In this document: in pieces, positions 27,148 through 37,903 of the stretch
Layout: each line of letters starts with the position of its first letter
Position numbering within the stretch: position 1 is the first letter of the stretch
Source: an uncultured Fodinibius sp.
GTDB lineage: Bacteria; Bacteroidota; Rhodothermia; Balneolales; Balneolaceae
Assembly: GCA_913056235.1 (NCBI GenBank)
Contig: CAJXMW010000004.1
Coordinates: 334,364 to 398,363, forward strand
Length of the DNA: 64,000 nucleotides
Reading direction: 5' to 3'
Translations under genes and position numbers: made by a program
The notes under the pieces: generated by a model
The model's database searches: none
Told to the model about the DNA's origin: nothing
What the model saw: the letters and a program-made list of their open reading frames with translations, nothing else

Positions 27148-27819
27148 ATGGGAAATAGTTTTAAAAAACGGATTGTAATTGTAGATGATCATCCGCTGAT
27201 GCGCAAAGGGTTGGCGCAAACTCTGGAAACTGACCCTGTTTTTGAAGTCGTTGAACAACTGGACAGGGGGGAAGAGCTGATCCAGAGAATTGATGAGCTA
27301 AATCCGGATCTGATTATCGTGGATGTTTCGCTGCCCGGTATGAGTGGACTGGAACTGGTGAAGCATGTAATATCTCAAAAAGAAAATCAGAAAATGCTGG
27401 TGGTGTCACGTCACGACGAGTCGTTGTATGCCGAGCGTGTAATCCGGGCCGGCGCCAAGGGATACGTAATGAAGCTGGAGGCTGGTGAAGTTCTGCTTAA
27501 AGCGGTACGCAAGGTGCTAAACGGCGGTATCTATGTCAGCGAAGAAGTAAGTGAGCGACTGTTGATGGGCATGGCCAAAGGCCAGAAAGAGGTAATGGAA
27601 TCGCCCATCGAAAAGCTCAGCGACCGCGAGCTTGAAGTGTTTGAACTGACAGGCAAAGGCAATAGTACCCGTGAAATTGCTGAGAAGTTGCATCTGTCGG
27701 TGAAGACCGTAGAATCATATCGTGCACGCATCAAAACAAAACTTAACCTGGAGAATGCAACGGAACTGATGGTACACGCTGTAAAATGGGTTGAAACTGA
27801 GCATACGGGTAGTCTGTAA
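27148..27819 (+). CDS. NarL/LuxR-family response regulator
   Basis: 'VDDHPLMRKGL', intact phospho-Asp in 'IIVDVSLPG', and HTH 'LSDRELEVF...IAEKLHLSVKTVESYRARIKTKL'. Confidence 0.95.
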   Translation: MGNSFKKRIVIVDDHPLMRKGLAQTLETDPVFEVVEQLDRGEELIQRIDELNPDLIIVDVSLPGMSGLELVKHVISQKENQKMLVVSRHDESLYAERVIRAGAKGYVMKLEAGEVLLKAVRKVLNGGIYVSEEVSERLLMGMAKGQKEVMESPIEKLSDRELEVFELTGKGNSTREIAEKLHLSVKTVESYRARIKTKLNLENATELMVHAVKWVETEHTGSL

Positions 27820-27830
27820 CGATTAAGAGT

Positions 27831-27849
27831 TGTAGGGATTTTTCCTAAC
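27831..27849. promoter_or_regulatory. 7-5-7 palindrome copy (TGTAGGG ATTTT TCCTAAC)
   Basis: 12 bp after the regulator stop codon, upstream of the atpG remnant. Confidence 0.5.
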
Positions 27850-28175
27850 GATAATTGCCACTTTAGCTTACAGCCTTCACGAGGAACTTACTGCAGCTCT
27901 CTAGCCCTCTCTGTTTTATGTTCAGGGAAGAAAGGGATATACCCTCATTTCACTGAAAGTTATCAAAAATGAAACTCATTTTTACGATGGCTGGAGAGGT
28001 ATAGAGTAAAGATGTTAGTGAAGTAGGAGGAAAGAATGCCACGCTGGGAGAGATGCTTAAACACTTGATTCCACTTTGAATAAAGGTTTCCTATGGATTT
28101 TATATAACTTCAACTGAATATTATAAATCTATGTCAATCATTAAGTTATAAACTTCAATTGAAAAAAATAACCTC

Positions 28176-28601
28176 TTGGAGTTGAACACTGGATACCAAC
28201 CAACTGTAGAGCAGTTATTACCTATTGACATGCACTGGCTACAGCAGTTGACCCGGCAAGAATGGGAGGTGCGCTCCTTGCCAACTTATTCTATGGAGGC
28301 AACGGAGTTGGTTTCAGCTTTGACGAAGGAATTGATGTTTGTATCCATCTACAAGGCGTTAGCCAGTTCACTGTCAGCGGAGAACAACAGCAGATTAACT
28401 GCTATGCAGCTGGCTGAAAAGAAAATAACGGAGATGATTGAAGACCTTACCAAAGCCTATCGGAGCCAGCGTCAAAATAATATAACCGAAGAAATCCTGG
28501 ATATTATGGCCAGTTTTGAGGTGCTGCAAACACAAGAGAAGCAACAAGTGCAATCAGCGGCAGGCCCCCGTCTACATAAACCAACCGGAAGTTCTGTGTA
28601 G
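28176..28601 (+). pseudogene. atpG: C-terminal fragment of an alternate (N-ATPase-type) F1 gamma subunit
   Basis: 'ELMFVSIYKALASSLSAENNSRLTAMQLAEKKITEMIEDL...RSQRQNNITEEILDIMASFEVL' is the gamma C-terminal signature; the N-terminal half and all other atp genes are absent. Confidence 0.8.
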
Positions 28602-28615
28602 TGGATTTACCGACA
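28597..28615. promoter_or_regulatory. 7-5-7 palindrome copy (TGTAGTG GATTT ACCGACA)
   Basis: About 90 bp upstream of DUF5335-cgs, with extra half-sites GTAGGA and TGTAGGC nearby. Confidence 0.45.
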
Positions 28616-28707
28616 ATAGAGTAGGACAAGACCTGTAGGCAATCTATCCCAGTTTTTACTGATATTGCAAAGGTTAATAACATTATTTTAATCATAGAGG
28701 GTTCGTT

Positions 28708-29034
28708 ATGACTTCCAAAAAAATAACCAAACGACAATGGCAGAAGTATTTCGACACCTTTTCATTGACGTTTCTCAAAGATAAACAGCCCGAGTATATT
28801 GAAATACAAGTTATGTCGGAACAGTTAGGTGTTCAGCCCCAAACAAAGTGGACGCTACTTAAGGGAATCTCTTATGATCCCAAGAGTGACATGCTGGAAA
28901 TACAGGTTGACAAAATGGAGCATATGATCGCCCATCCCAAAGAAATATATGTAAATGAAGAAGATAATGGTTGGCTTACGGGAATGATGATCATACAAAA
29001 AGGTGGAGAACGAAATATTATCGACATTCGATAG
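28708..29034 (+). CDS. DUF5335-family protein
   Basis: 'WQKYFDTFS', 'LGVQ', 'LLKGISYDPKSDMLEI' and 'HMIAHPKEIYV'. Confidence 0.75.
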   Translation: MTSKKITKRQWQKYFDTFSLTFLKDKQPEYIEIQVMSEQLGVQPQTKWTLLKGISYDPKSDMLEIQVDKMEHMIAHPKEIYVNEEDNGWLTGMMIIQKGGERNIIDIR

Positions 29035-29118
29035 AATAAAAAACATAGTCAGCATGTCGCTATTTGTGAGTATAACCACAACATAGATATAGGCTGTCTG
29101 TACTAAAGTAAGGCGGGT

Positions 29119-32100
29119 ATGCCCACAGACACACAAGTTCACTACAATAAACAATACCTGGAAGAGGAGATACGCCAGCTTGCCACCATCCAACAGGCTA
29201 CGCTTGATAGTAAGCCTTTACAGCCTATCAGTCCTATTATTGCGGATGCCAAAGATACATTAGTTGAAGCCTATCGTGTGTTGGCCCGTGCGGCCAAACA
29301 AAACAGAGAGCTGAGTTCGGCCGGGGAATGGTTGATTGACAACTTTTACATCATCCAGGAGCAGATGGTACAGCTTAACGCGGACCTGCCCGAATCGTAC
29401 TATCGAAAGCTTCCGCGGCTGGTTCAGGGAGAGTATCGTGGATATCCCCGTACCTTTGAGATTGTTCAGATGCTGGCGACAATCAGCGACAATACGATCG
29501 ACCAGGATAATACGACTATAGCTGTCCGGGCTTACCAAGAGATTGACACGCTTAGTTTAGCTGAGATGTGGTCAGTGCCACTAATGAATCGTCTGGCTCT
29601 GATTGTGAGGCTGGCAGAACGAGCCAAAAAGCTGCTCAGAGACCGCCGAATGCAAGATGAAATTGAAAAGATCTTACACGAAAAGATTGACGAAGAGGCA
29701 GATGAACCCGGTTATTTGCTGCGTAAGCTTTCTGAAATTGTTGGCCAACAAAACGATACTCAACGGTTTCTGGTGATATTAGCCCAACAGCTTCAAAAAA
29801 GGGGGATGCTCACTGAAAACGAGCGCCGCTGGTTCGATTATAAGTTCTCTCGTTGGGAGACAAACCTTGAAGAACAGCTTCGAGGCCGTACGCAACAAAC
29901 TTCTCGGCTCCACCTCAGCATTCAGAATGCGATCTCATCGCTGCGCGTGGTTTCAGAGACCGACTGGGCTGATTTTGTAGAAAGTTGTTCGGTGGTAGAA
30001 CGTATCCTGCGCCTGGACCCGGCGGACATGTATCACCAGATGGATTTTAGCACGCGCGACACTTATCGCAAAAAGGTTGAGAAGCTAAGTGCACATTCGA
30101 ATTTTAGCGAGCAGAAAGTAGCCGAGCAGGCGCTGCTTATGGCCGAAAGTGCTGCTCAGAATGGTGCCACCAGTAAAGGCAAAAAAGTGCATATTGGGTA
30201 CTATCTGGTCGGGGATGGATATGAAGGGCTTATCGACAAACTTAAATATAACAGGCCGTTCGACGAGTGGGTGCTGAAGAAAGGCGAAGAACAGCCAGCT
30301 ATCTACTTTTCCATTATCGGATTGCACCTGGTGATATTACTCGGAATTGTGGGACTCTTCACCAATTTTTTAATGCAAGAATGGTGGATGATTACACTGA
30401 CCCTGCTGATTACAGTTCTTCCGGCGCTTGATTTATCGATCGTGTCAACCAATCGGCTACTCTCCTTTTTTGTGTCGCCCCGGATACTACCTAAACTCGA
30501 ATTTAAGGACGAAATTCCGCATAAATATCGAACTGTAGTGATTGTTCCGACGATGCTTTCTTCCCCCCGTGATGTTGCTGATCAGTTCGAGGCACTTGAA
30601 ATCAGGGCCCTGGCCAATACGAACCCGTCGCTGCAGTTCGCTTTGTTGGCAGACTTCCATGATGCCCCGCATGAAAGTATGCAAGACGACAGCGCTATCC
30701 TGGAAGAAGCCCAACAGCAAGTTAACCGATTAAACTTGCAGTACAAGAGTAAGTATGGAGATAAATTCCTGTTCTTCCATCGAAAACGTCGCTGGAACGA
30801 AGAGGAAGACACGTGGATGGGGTGGGAGCGCAAACGGGGTAAGTTGGAAGAGTTTAATCACCTGCTAAAAAATCCCGATGCCGATACCACATATAGCATC
30901 GTAAATGATAATTTCTTGCAGACGCTTACGAAGTTTCCCCTGCAGTTTGTAATTACTCTTGATGCAGACACCAAACTGCCGCCGGGTAGTGCCCGCATGC
31001 TGATAGGTACGGCCGCCCATCCGTTAAACAGGGCAGAGGTCGATAAGGAGGGTAATATTGTTGAAAGAGGTTACGGTATTTTTCAACCCCGTATTTCTAT
31101 AGCACCGAAATCGGCGAATCGGACGTGGTTTGCGCGCATTTTTTCGGGTAATGTGGGGTTGGATCCCTATACCACGGCCGTTTCCGATATTTATCAGGAT
31201 TTGTTTGGAGAGGGCATTTTTACAGGCAAGGGATTGTATGACCTTGCTGTTTTTGAACAGGTTCTGGGTGATAAGTTTCCCGAAAATGCTATTCTCTCAC
31301 ACGATTTGCTCGAAAGTACCTATCTACGGGCGGCCTTGGTCACTGATATTGAGCTCTTTGATGCCTATCCCCGCAATTACCTGAGCTTTGCCAAACGCAA
31401 TCACCGTTGGATACGTGGGGATTGGCAAATTTTGTACTGGCTGTTTACGAAAGTACCTGCAAGAGGCCAAAGTAGTGAGTCAAATCCCATCAGTGGTATT
31501 TCAAAGTGGAAAATATTTGACAATATGCGTCGCTCGCTCAACCCGGTAGCGCTGATTATATTCTTGCTTGCCGGCTGGGTACTGCTTCCGGGATCAGCAT
31601 TCGTATGGACGGCAGCAGTATTCGGGATTCTGGCCTTTCCCATTTATTCAAGTTTTTCAACTGATATTTTTAGGCGTCCCGAACGCGTTAATTGGAAACT
31701 GTATATCGAGAAAATAAGGGCTGATCTGAAGACCAATACACTGCAGGCCGTAACAAGTTTCTTGTTTTTGCCTCACCAGGCTGCAATTTCGCTTGATGCA
31801 ATAATTCGGACATTGTATCGGATGTTTATATCGCAAAAAAAAATGTTGGAGTGGACCACGGCGAACCAAGCTGAACGCCTGCATTCAAACGGCACATTTC
31901 TGAGCTATTGGCTTAACATGTGGTTTAATATCTTTTGGGGTATTGTAAGCCTTATATTGGTCAGTATTTATCATTCAACAATATTGATCATTGCGATCCC
32001 GGTTTGCTTGGGTTGGATATTAGCTCCCGGAATAGCCTTTTATCTGACCCGTACGCCGGAGGTATTTGAGCATCGGGAGTTGCCAGAAGGGGATGTCAGG

Positions 32101-35100
32101 GAACTTCGGGGATATGCGCGGCGAACCTGGCACTTTTTTGAACAGTATATGAATGCCGAGCACTCTTGGCTACCCCCCGATAATGTACAGGAAGATCCGT
32201 ATGTAGGACCCGTGGGGCGAACATCTCCCACCAATATTGGTCTTGCTCTTGTGTCGATATATGTAGCATATGAGATGGGATACATTACCTTTTCTAAGAC
32301 CATGGAACGCTTGCAAAATATGTTGGACTCTCTGCAGGTGCTTGATCGCTATCGTGGTCATTTTTACAACTGGTACAGTACAAAGCTGGGTGAAGTGCTC
32401 AGTCCCAGTTATGTCTCTACCGTGGATTCAGGCAATCTGGCGGGTTCACTGCTGGTGATACAACAGGCATTGGAGAAAATTGGTGAGCGGCGGTGGCCGA
32501 ATCCTAGATTCTGGGATGGCCTCGAGGATACACTCATGGTTATTGATGAACTGTTGGATGAGCTGCAGGATACCGACGATTTTAAGGGGATCCATGAGTC
32601 GCTTGTGCAGGAAATGGATCAACTCAAGGCCAAGTTCCCATCCAGTACGCCTTCAAATATTGTAGATTGGCGGGACACCCTGAAGAGCCTTGCCGATAAT
32701 GCCCGAAAGTTATCAGAGGTTAACCTGTCTATACTACAAGAGGAATTTGAAGAGCTGCGGTTCAGCGAATGGAAAGACTGGCTGACTCGGCCTTATATGA
32801 TGATTTCCGATCAGCTGAGCGAGATAGAGGAGTACTCCGGCAGCAAAACACCGCATTCGTCTGTTGCCTCTGGCAATCCTCCATCAGACAATGTGAAACA
32901 TAATAAAGCGTTTGCCGGCAAGGTGAGAGTTGCGCGCGAGCTGGGAACCATTTGTCGTGATTTCGTTCAGGACATGGATTTCAGTTTGCTGTATAATGCT
33001 GATCGAGAGTTGTTTAGCATCGGCTTTAACGTAGATCGGTCGGCGCAGGATTCAAGCTATTACGATCTGTTGGCCAGTGAGGCACGGCTGGCTTCTTTTA
33101 TTGCGATTGCCAAAGGTGAAGTGCCGCCCGAGCACTGGTTCCGGCTGAGCCGGCGGCTGACGAGTATCGAGCAGAACGAGATTCTGCTTTCGTGGGGTGG
33201 CACCATGTTTGAATATCTTATGCCGCTGCTTTTTATGTCTCGGTTTGACCAGACATTATTGAGCAATACCTACGAGAATGTGGTCACCTGGCAGCGGGAT
33301 TACGGTTCACTTCGCAACCGTCCCTGGGGATTCTCAGAAAGTGGATACGCCATTCTCAATCTTGAGCTCCATTACCAGTACCGGGCCTTTGGCGTACCGG
33401 GGCTTGGCCTGCGCCGTGGTCTGGCAGAAGATTATGTAGTTGCGCCTTACGCGGGCATGTTGGCTTTGATGGTGCAGCCCTCGGAGGCGATGAAAAACCT
33501 GCGCAAGTTAAAATCTGAAGGTGCTTACGGTGCAAATGGTTTTTATGAGGCCATCGATTATACCTCTGGCCGTACGAATAATAATGGAGATCAAGAGCGA
33601 TCAGTCATCAAGATGTATATGGCGCATCACCAGGGGATGAGTCTGCTCTCGATGGTAAATATTTTGCAGGATAATCTGGTTCAGCATCTATTTCACGATC
33701 ACCCGCTGGTACGCTCCTGCGAGCTGTTGCTTCAAGAGCGAATTCCGCGTGGTATCCCCATCAAAGAACCTCGGCCGATTGATGTTGAGCTGGAGCCGGC
33801 TGAAGAGGAGAAAGTGCATGAATCGGTTGATCATGTTGGCATTGATGATCTTAACGATACACCGCCGCGAACACATATTCTGTCCAACGGCCGATATTCC
33901 ACCCTTATTACACATGCGGGAACAGGCTACTCGGTGTTTGATGAGACCATGCTTACCCGATGGCGGTCGGATGTGGTGCAAGATCAGTATGGGTTATTCT
34001 TTTATGTGCGTGATCTTGAAAGCGGGAAATACTGGTCGGTGGGGCACCAGCCGGTCAGGCGCAAAGCAGATCGCTATGACAGCTGGTTCCACGCAGGGAA
34101 GGTGCAAACTGCCCGCGTGGATGACTGGATCGAATCGTTTATGGAAGTCTGTGTTTCGCCGGAGGATGATATCGAATTGCGCAAAATTGCGTTGACTAAC
34201 TACTCTGATCGAGAGCGAAAGATTGAGTTAACTAGTTATGCTGAAGTGGTGCTTAATACCCAGCAGGCTGATATGTCGCATCCGGCATTCTCCAGCTTGT
34301 TTGTGCAGACAGAATATGTGCAACAGCATCACTCGGTATTGGCACGTCGGCGTCCCCGCGAAAGCGAAGATGAGGCGATGTGGTTGGTGCATACTATTGC
34401 CAGTGAAGACATGGAAGGGGAAGGCAACATGCTGCAGGTCGAAACAGATCGGTCAAATTTTATTGGTCGCAACCGGTCGTTGCAAAATCCCAGAGTTATG
34501 GATCGCAGCGTTAAGCTCAGCGGCACAGTGGGGAACGTAAAAGACCCGATTTTAAGCTTGAGGTGTGTTGTGACGCTGGCTCCCGGTGAAAAGAAGAATA
34601 TAACCTTTGGCCTTGGCCGGGTTAATACACGCGAAGAAGCTGTTAAGATGGGAGATCGGTACGATAATCCCTATTCCACCGATCGCGTGTTTGAGCTTGC
34701 CTCGATATATGGAAGTGTGGAGATGGAGCAAATTAATATTTCAAGCGATCAGGCCAATTATTTTCAGCAGCTGGCCGGCCATCTTATTTTTAATTCACCT
34801 GATCTAAGAGCTAGTGAGGATATTCTCAAACGAAATAGGCGACAGCAACCGGGGCTTTGGGCCCATAGCATTTCGGGCGATGTGCCCATCCTGGTGTATC
34901 ATATCGAGGATACCAAGTTCATTCGCCAGGTGGAGTTGCTACTTAAGGCACATACGTTCTGGCACCATAAGGGATTAAAGATTGATCTTGTTTTTATGAA
35001 CGACCATCCCCCGTCGTATGCGGATGAGTTGCAGGAAGCCATACATCAGAAGATACAGTTTTCATCAGAGCGACAGAAATTTCGGGAACGAGGAGGGATA

Positions 35101-37752
35101 TTTGTGATTCGTTCGGACGAATTAAGTCCGGATGAGCGCACTTTGATTGATTCTGTGGCTAGTGTGGTGCTGAAAGGCAAGCTGCCGAGTTTGAACTCAC
35201 TCAATGGGATATCCAATGTTCGACAAGACGAGAATTTATATCATCCGGTGGATCAGAACCAGTTCGATTATGCTTGTGCTCCCGATAGCGATGATCTGAA
35301 ACTCTTTAATGGCTATGGCGGTTTTACGGCCAAGGGCCAAGAATATGTTATTCGGCTTTGCATGGATCCAGAGACCCAGACTATGAACTATCCGCCGTCT
35401 CCTTGGATTAATGTGATTGCCAATCCTGATTTTGGGTTTATCACCTCTGAGAAGGGATCGGGATACACCTGGAGCCAGAACAGTCGTGAAAATAAGCTCA
35501 CGCCATGGTCGAATGACGCAGTCTTGGATCCCACAGGAGAAGCAATATATATCCGGGATGAAAAAGAGCATATCTTCTGGTCTCCGCTGCCGGAACCGGT
35601 AGCAGGAAGTGGGTTTTACGAGATTCGTCACGGCTTTGGGTATTCGACCTATTGCAGCAAAACCTTGAACGTGGAGCAGGACGTGCGAAAATGGGTATCC
35701 AAAGATGAGTCTATAAAATTTGTAAAGCTCCGATTGTCGAATACTGATCTGATGAGCAAGAAATTGTCGATCTTTCGATATGTGGATTGGGTGTTGGGGG
35801 TATTTCGGGAGGAGTCAACTCGCTATGTACATACAAGCTTCGATTCCGGTTTGCAGGCGGTTTTCGCCCGTAATCATTATAACAATGAGTTCGCCGGACG
35901 TCTGGCATTTTCTGCCCTGTACACGCCCCATCAGTTTGAGTTTGACAGCTTTACCGCGAATCGACAGGATTTTATTGGGCGAAATCGCTCGCTTCATGAT
36001 CCCAAAACTATTGCCCAGGATCAGCAGCTAAGTCAAGAATTTGGGATTGGCTTTGAATCATGTGCAGCATCCCAAATTACATTTAATTTGGATTCTGGAA
36101 AATCAATCGACCTGTACTTTTTACTGGGAGAGGCAGAAGATGAAGGAGAGGCTTGCAAGCTGATCGAAAAATATCGGAGCGCGGAAGCCATTGATCATTC
36201 ATTCGACATAGTAAAACAGTTTTGGAAGCAAAAATTTTCTCGTATTCAGGTAAAAACGCCCTTGCCAGAATTCAATTACCTGGCCAATGGCTGGTTGCAG
36301 TATCAAAATATTGCCTGCCGCATATGGGGCCGTACTGGTTTCTATCAGGCTGGTGGTGCTTTTGGATTCCGCGACCAGTTACAGGATTCAATGGCGGCGT
36401 GCTACCTGGATCCGGAGTTGACCAGGAAACAAATATTACTGCATGCACGTCACCAATTTATGGAGGGTGATGTGTTGCACTGGTGGCATCCCCCCACCGA
36501 TCGGGGCATTCGTTCCCGCATTACCGATGATCTGTTATGGCTGCCTTATGTAACGGATAATTATATCCGTCATACTGGAGATTCCTCAATTTTAAAAGAG
36601 GAATTACCGTTTGTTACAGCGCGTCAGCTGAAAGAGCATGAACATGAAGCCTATCTACAACCTGAAACTACAGAGCAGGTGGCAAGCTTGTATGAACATT
36701 GTTGCCGGGCCATCGACCGCTCACTCACGGTTGGGGATCACGGGTTACCGCTTATCGGTGCCGGCGACTGGAATGATGGGATGAACAAGGTGGGCATTGA
36801 AGGCAAAGGAGAGAGCATCTGGCTGGGATTTTTCCTGTATGATATCTTAGAATCGTTTATTCCAATTTGTAAACGGCGTAAAGATGAGGAGCGAGCCCAA
36901 AAGTATAGCACCTACCAACAGGAACTAAAACAAAAACTCAACAGCAAAGGCTGGGATGGCGAATGGTATCTTCGAGCCTATTACGATGACGGAACGCCGC
37001 TGGGATCAAGTGAAAACGACGAATGTTGCATTGACGCTATTGCTCAGTCGTGGTCGGTCATTTCCGGTGCTGGTACGCCCCAAAAGATACGCAAAGCATT
37101 GCAGTCCGCGGATGAGCATTTAGTCTCAGAGCCGGAGGGCATCATCCGTCTGTTGACTCCCGCTTTTGATAAGACGGAGAAGAATCCTGGATATATCAAA
37201 GGGTACATCCCCGGCGTGCGTGAAAATGGTGGCCAATATACCCACGCTGCCTTGTGGCTGGTAAAAGCATTTGCCGAAAGTGGTAACCGCGAACGTGCGG
37301 CAAAATTGTTGCAGATGCTGACGCCCGTGAATCACACTCTACTAGAGCAGGATGTGCAGCGCTATAATGTGGAGCCCTATGCGGTTGCAGCAGATATTTA
37401 TGGTGAAGCACCACTTACCGGTATGGGGGGCTGGACGTGGTATACTGGTTCGGCCGGATGGATGTACCGGGTGATGGTAGAATCGGTCCTGGGATTCCAG
37501 ATCTTAAAGGGAAACACCTTGCGGATTTCTCCATTTATTTCCCCCAACTGGAAGCGATACAGCATAACCATTCGACGTATGGATGGGGAAACAGAATACA
37601 ATATTATGGTGGTAAACTCTCAAAAGCGGTCTAAAGGAACTCTTTCGGCACAGCTCGACGGTAACAAAATTACTGTTAAAAAGAATGCCGTTGAGGTTAA
37701 AATGACCAATGACGGTAACTTACATGAACTCCGGGTAGAAGTTGGAGATTGA
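29119..37752 (+). CDS. ndvB: Cyclic beta-1,2-glucan synthase-like protein (GT84 + glucoamylase-like + GH94 phosphorylase domains; NdvB/ChvB/Cgs family)
   Basis: 2877 aa with 'GWERKRGKL', 'VITLDADT', 'LSHDLLE', 'RWIRGDWQ', 'RTSPTNIG', 'SWGGTMFEYLMP', 'YQAGGAFGFRDQLQD', 'GDWNDGM', 'ENGGQYTH' and 'GWTWYTGSAGW'. Confidence 0.92.
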   Translation: MPTDTQVHYNKQYLEEEIRQLATIQQATLDSKPLQPISPIIADAKDTLVEAYRVLARAAKQNRELSSAGEWLIDNFYIIQEQMVQLNADLPESYYRKLPRLVQGEYRGYPRTFEIVQMLATISDNTIDQDNTTIAVRAYQEIDTLSLAEMWSVPLMNRLALIVRLAERAKKLLRDRRMQDEIEKILHEKIDEEADEPGYLLRKLSEIVGQQNDTQRFLVILAQQLQKRGMLTENERRWFDYKFSRWETNLEEQLRGRTQQTSRLHLSIQNAISSLRVVSETDWADFVESCSVVERILRLDPADMYHQMDFSTRDTYRKKVEKLSAHSNFSEQKVAEQALLMAESAAQNGATSKGKKVHIGYYLVGDGYEGLIDKLKYNRPFDEWVLKKGEEQPAIYFSIIGLHLVILLGIVGLFTNFLMQEWWMITLTLLITVLPALDLSIVSTNRLLSFFVSPRILPKLEFKDEIPHKYRTVVIVPTMLSSPRDVADQFEALEIRALANTNPSLQFALLADFHDAPHESMQDDSAILEEAQQQVNRLNLQYKSKYGDKFLFFHRKRRWNEEEDTWMGWERKRGKLEEFNHLLKNPDADTTYSIVNDNFLQTLTKFPLQFVITLDADTKLPPGSARMLIGTAAHPLNRAEVDKEGNIVERGYGIFQPRISIAPKSANRTWFARIFSGNVGLDPYTTAVSDIYQDLFGEGIFTGKGLYDLAVFEQVLGDKFPENAILSHDLLESTYLRAALVTDIELFDAYPRNYLSFAKRNHRWIRGDWQILYWLFTKVPARGQSSESNPISGISKWKIFDNMRRSLNPVALIIFLLAGWVLLPGSAFVWTAAVFGILAFPIYSSFSTDIFRRPERVNWKLYIEKIRADLKTNTLQAVTSFLFLPHQAAISLDAIIRTLYRMFISQKKMLEWTTANQAERLHSNGTFLSYWLNMWFNIFWGIVSLILVSIYHSTILIIAIPVCLGWILAPGIAFYLTRTPEVFEHRELPEGDVRELRGYARRTWHFFEQYMNAEHSWLPPDNVQEDPYVGPVGRTSPTNIGLALVSIYVAYEMGYITFSKTMERLQNMLDSLQVLDRYRGHFYNWYSTKLGEVLSPSYVSTVDSGNLAGSLLVIQQALEKIGERRWPNPRFWDGLEDTLMVIDELLDELQDTDDFKGIHESLVQEMDQLKAKFPSSTPSNIVDWRDTLKSLADNARKLSEVNLSILQEEFEELRFSEWKDWLTRPYMMISDQLSEIEEYSGSKTPHSSVASGNPPSDNVKHNKAFAGKVRVARELGTICRDFVQDMDFSLLYNADRELFSIGFNVDRSAQDSSYYDLLASEARLASFIAIAKGEVPPEHWFRLSRRLTSIEQNEILLSWGGTMFEYLMPLLFMSRFDQTLLSNTYENVVTWQRDYGSLRNRPWGFSESGYAILNLELHYQYRAFGVPGLGLRRGLAEDYVVAPYAGMLALMVQPSEAMKNLRKLKSEGAYGANGFYEAIDYTSGRTNNNGDQERSVIKMYMAHHQGMSLLSMVNILQDNLVQHLFHDHPLVRSCELLLQERIPRGIPIKEPRPIDVELEPAEEEKVHESVDHVGIDDLNDTPPRTHILSNGRYSTLITHAGTGYSVFDETMLTRWRSDVVQDQYGLFFYVRDLESGKYWSVGHQPVRRKADRYDSWFHAGKVQTARVDDWIESFMEVCVSPEDDIELRKIALTNYSDRERKIELTSYAEVVLNTQQADMSHPAFSSLFVQTEYVQQHHSVLARRRPRESEDEAMWLVHTIASEDMEGEGNMLQVETDRSNFIGRNRSLQNPRVMDRSVKLSGTVGNVKDPILSLRCVVTLAPGEKKNITFGLGRVNTREEAVKMGDRYDNPYSTDRVFELASIYGSVEMEQINISSDQANYFQQLAGHLIFNSPDLRASEDILKRNRRQQPGLWAHSISGDVPILVYHIEDTKFIRQVELLLKAHTFWHHKGLKIDLVFMNDHPPSYADELQEAIHQKIQFSSERQKFRERGGIFVIRSDELSPDERTLIDSVASVVLKGKLPSLNSLNGISNVRQDENLYHPVDQNQFDYACAPDSDDLKLFNGYGGFTAKGQEYVIRLCMDPETQTMNYPPSPWINVIANPDFGFITSEKGSGYTWSQNSRENKLTPWSNDAVLDPTGEAIYIRDEKEHIFWSPLPEPVAGSGFYEIRHGFGYSTYCSKTLNVEQDVRKWVSKDESIKFVKLRLSNTDLMSKKLSIFRYVDWVLGVFREESTRYVHTSFDSGLQAVFARNHYNNEFAGRLAFSALYTPHQFEFDSFTANRQDFIGRNRSLHDPKTIAQDQQLSQEFGIGFESCAASQITFNLDSGKSIDLYFLLGEAEDEGEACKLIEKYRSAEAIDHSFDIVKQFWKQKFSRIQVKTPLPEFNYLANGWLQYQNIACRIWGRTGFYQAGGAFGFRDQLQDSMAACYLDPELTRKQILLHARHQFMEGDVLHWWHPPTDRGIRSRITDDLLWLPYVTDNYIRHTGDSSILKEELPFVTARQLKEHEHEAYLQPETTEQVASLYEHCCRAIDRSLTVGDHGLPLIGAGDWNDGMNKVGIEGKGESIWLGFFLYDILESFIPICKRRKDEERAQKYSTYQQELKQKLNSKGWDGEWYLRAYYDDGTPLGSSENDECCIDAIAQSWSVISGAGTPQKIRKALQSADEHLVSEPEGIIRLLTPAFDKTEKNPGYIKGYIPGVRENGGQYTHAALWLVKAFAESGNRERAAKLLQMLTPVNHTLLEQDVQRYNVEPYAVAADIYGEAPLTGMGGWTWYTGSAGWMYRVMVESVLGFQILKGNTLRISPFISPNWKRYSITIRRMDGETEYNIMVVNSQKRSKGTLSAQLDGNKITVKKNAVEVKMTNDGNLHELRVEVGD

Positions 37753-37780
37753 TTTTTTGCTGAAAAAAGACGGGAACTTT

Positions 37781-37799
37781 TGTAGGAGTAATACTTACA
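37781..37799. promoter_or_regulatory. 7-5-7 palindrome copy (TGTAGGA GTAAT ACTTACA)
   Basis: Intergenic, about 105 bp upstream of the CheB-like gene; extra TGTAGGG half-site at 37827. Confidence 0.6.
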
Positions 37800-37903
37800 A
37801 TTAGAAGGTATATGATCGTACAATATTGTAGGGTTGTAGTATCTATAATTGAACATCAGCTGAAAAATAAATACCCCAGAAAAGGTGAGTTAAGCGGGTT
37901 TAA

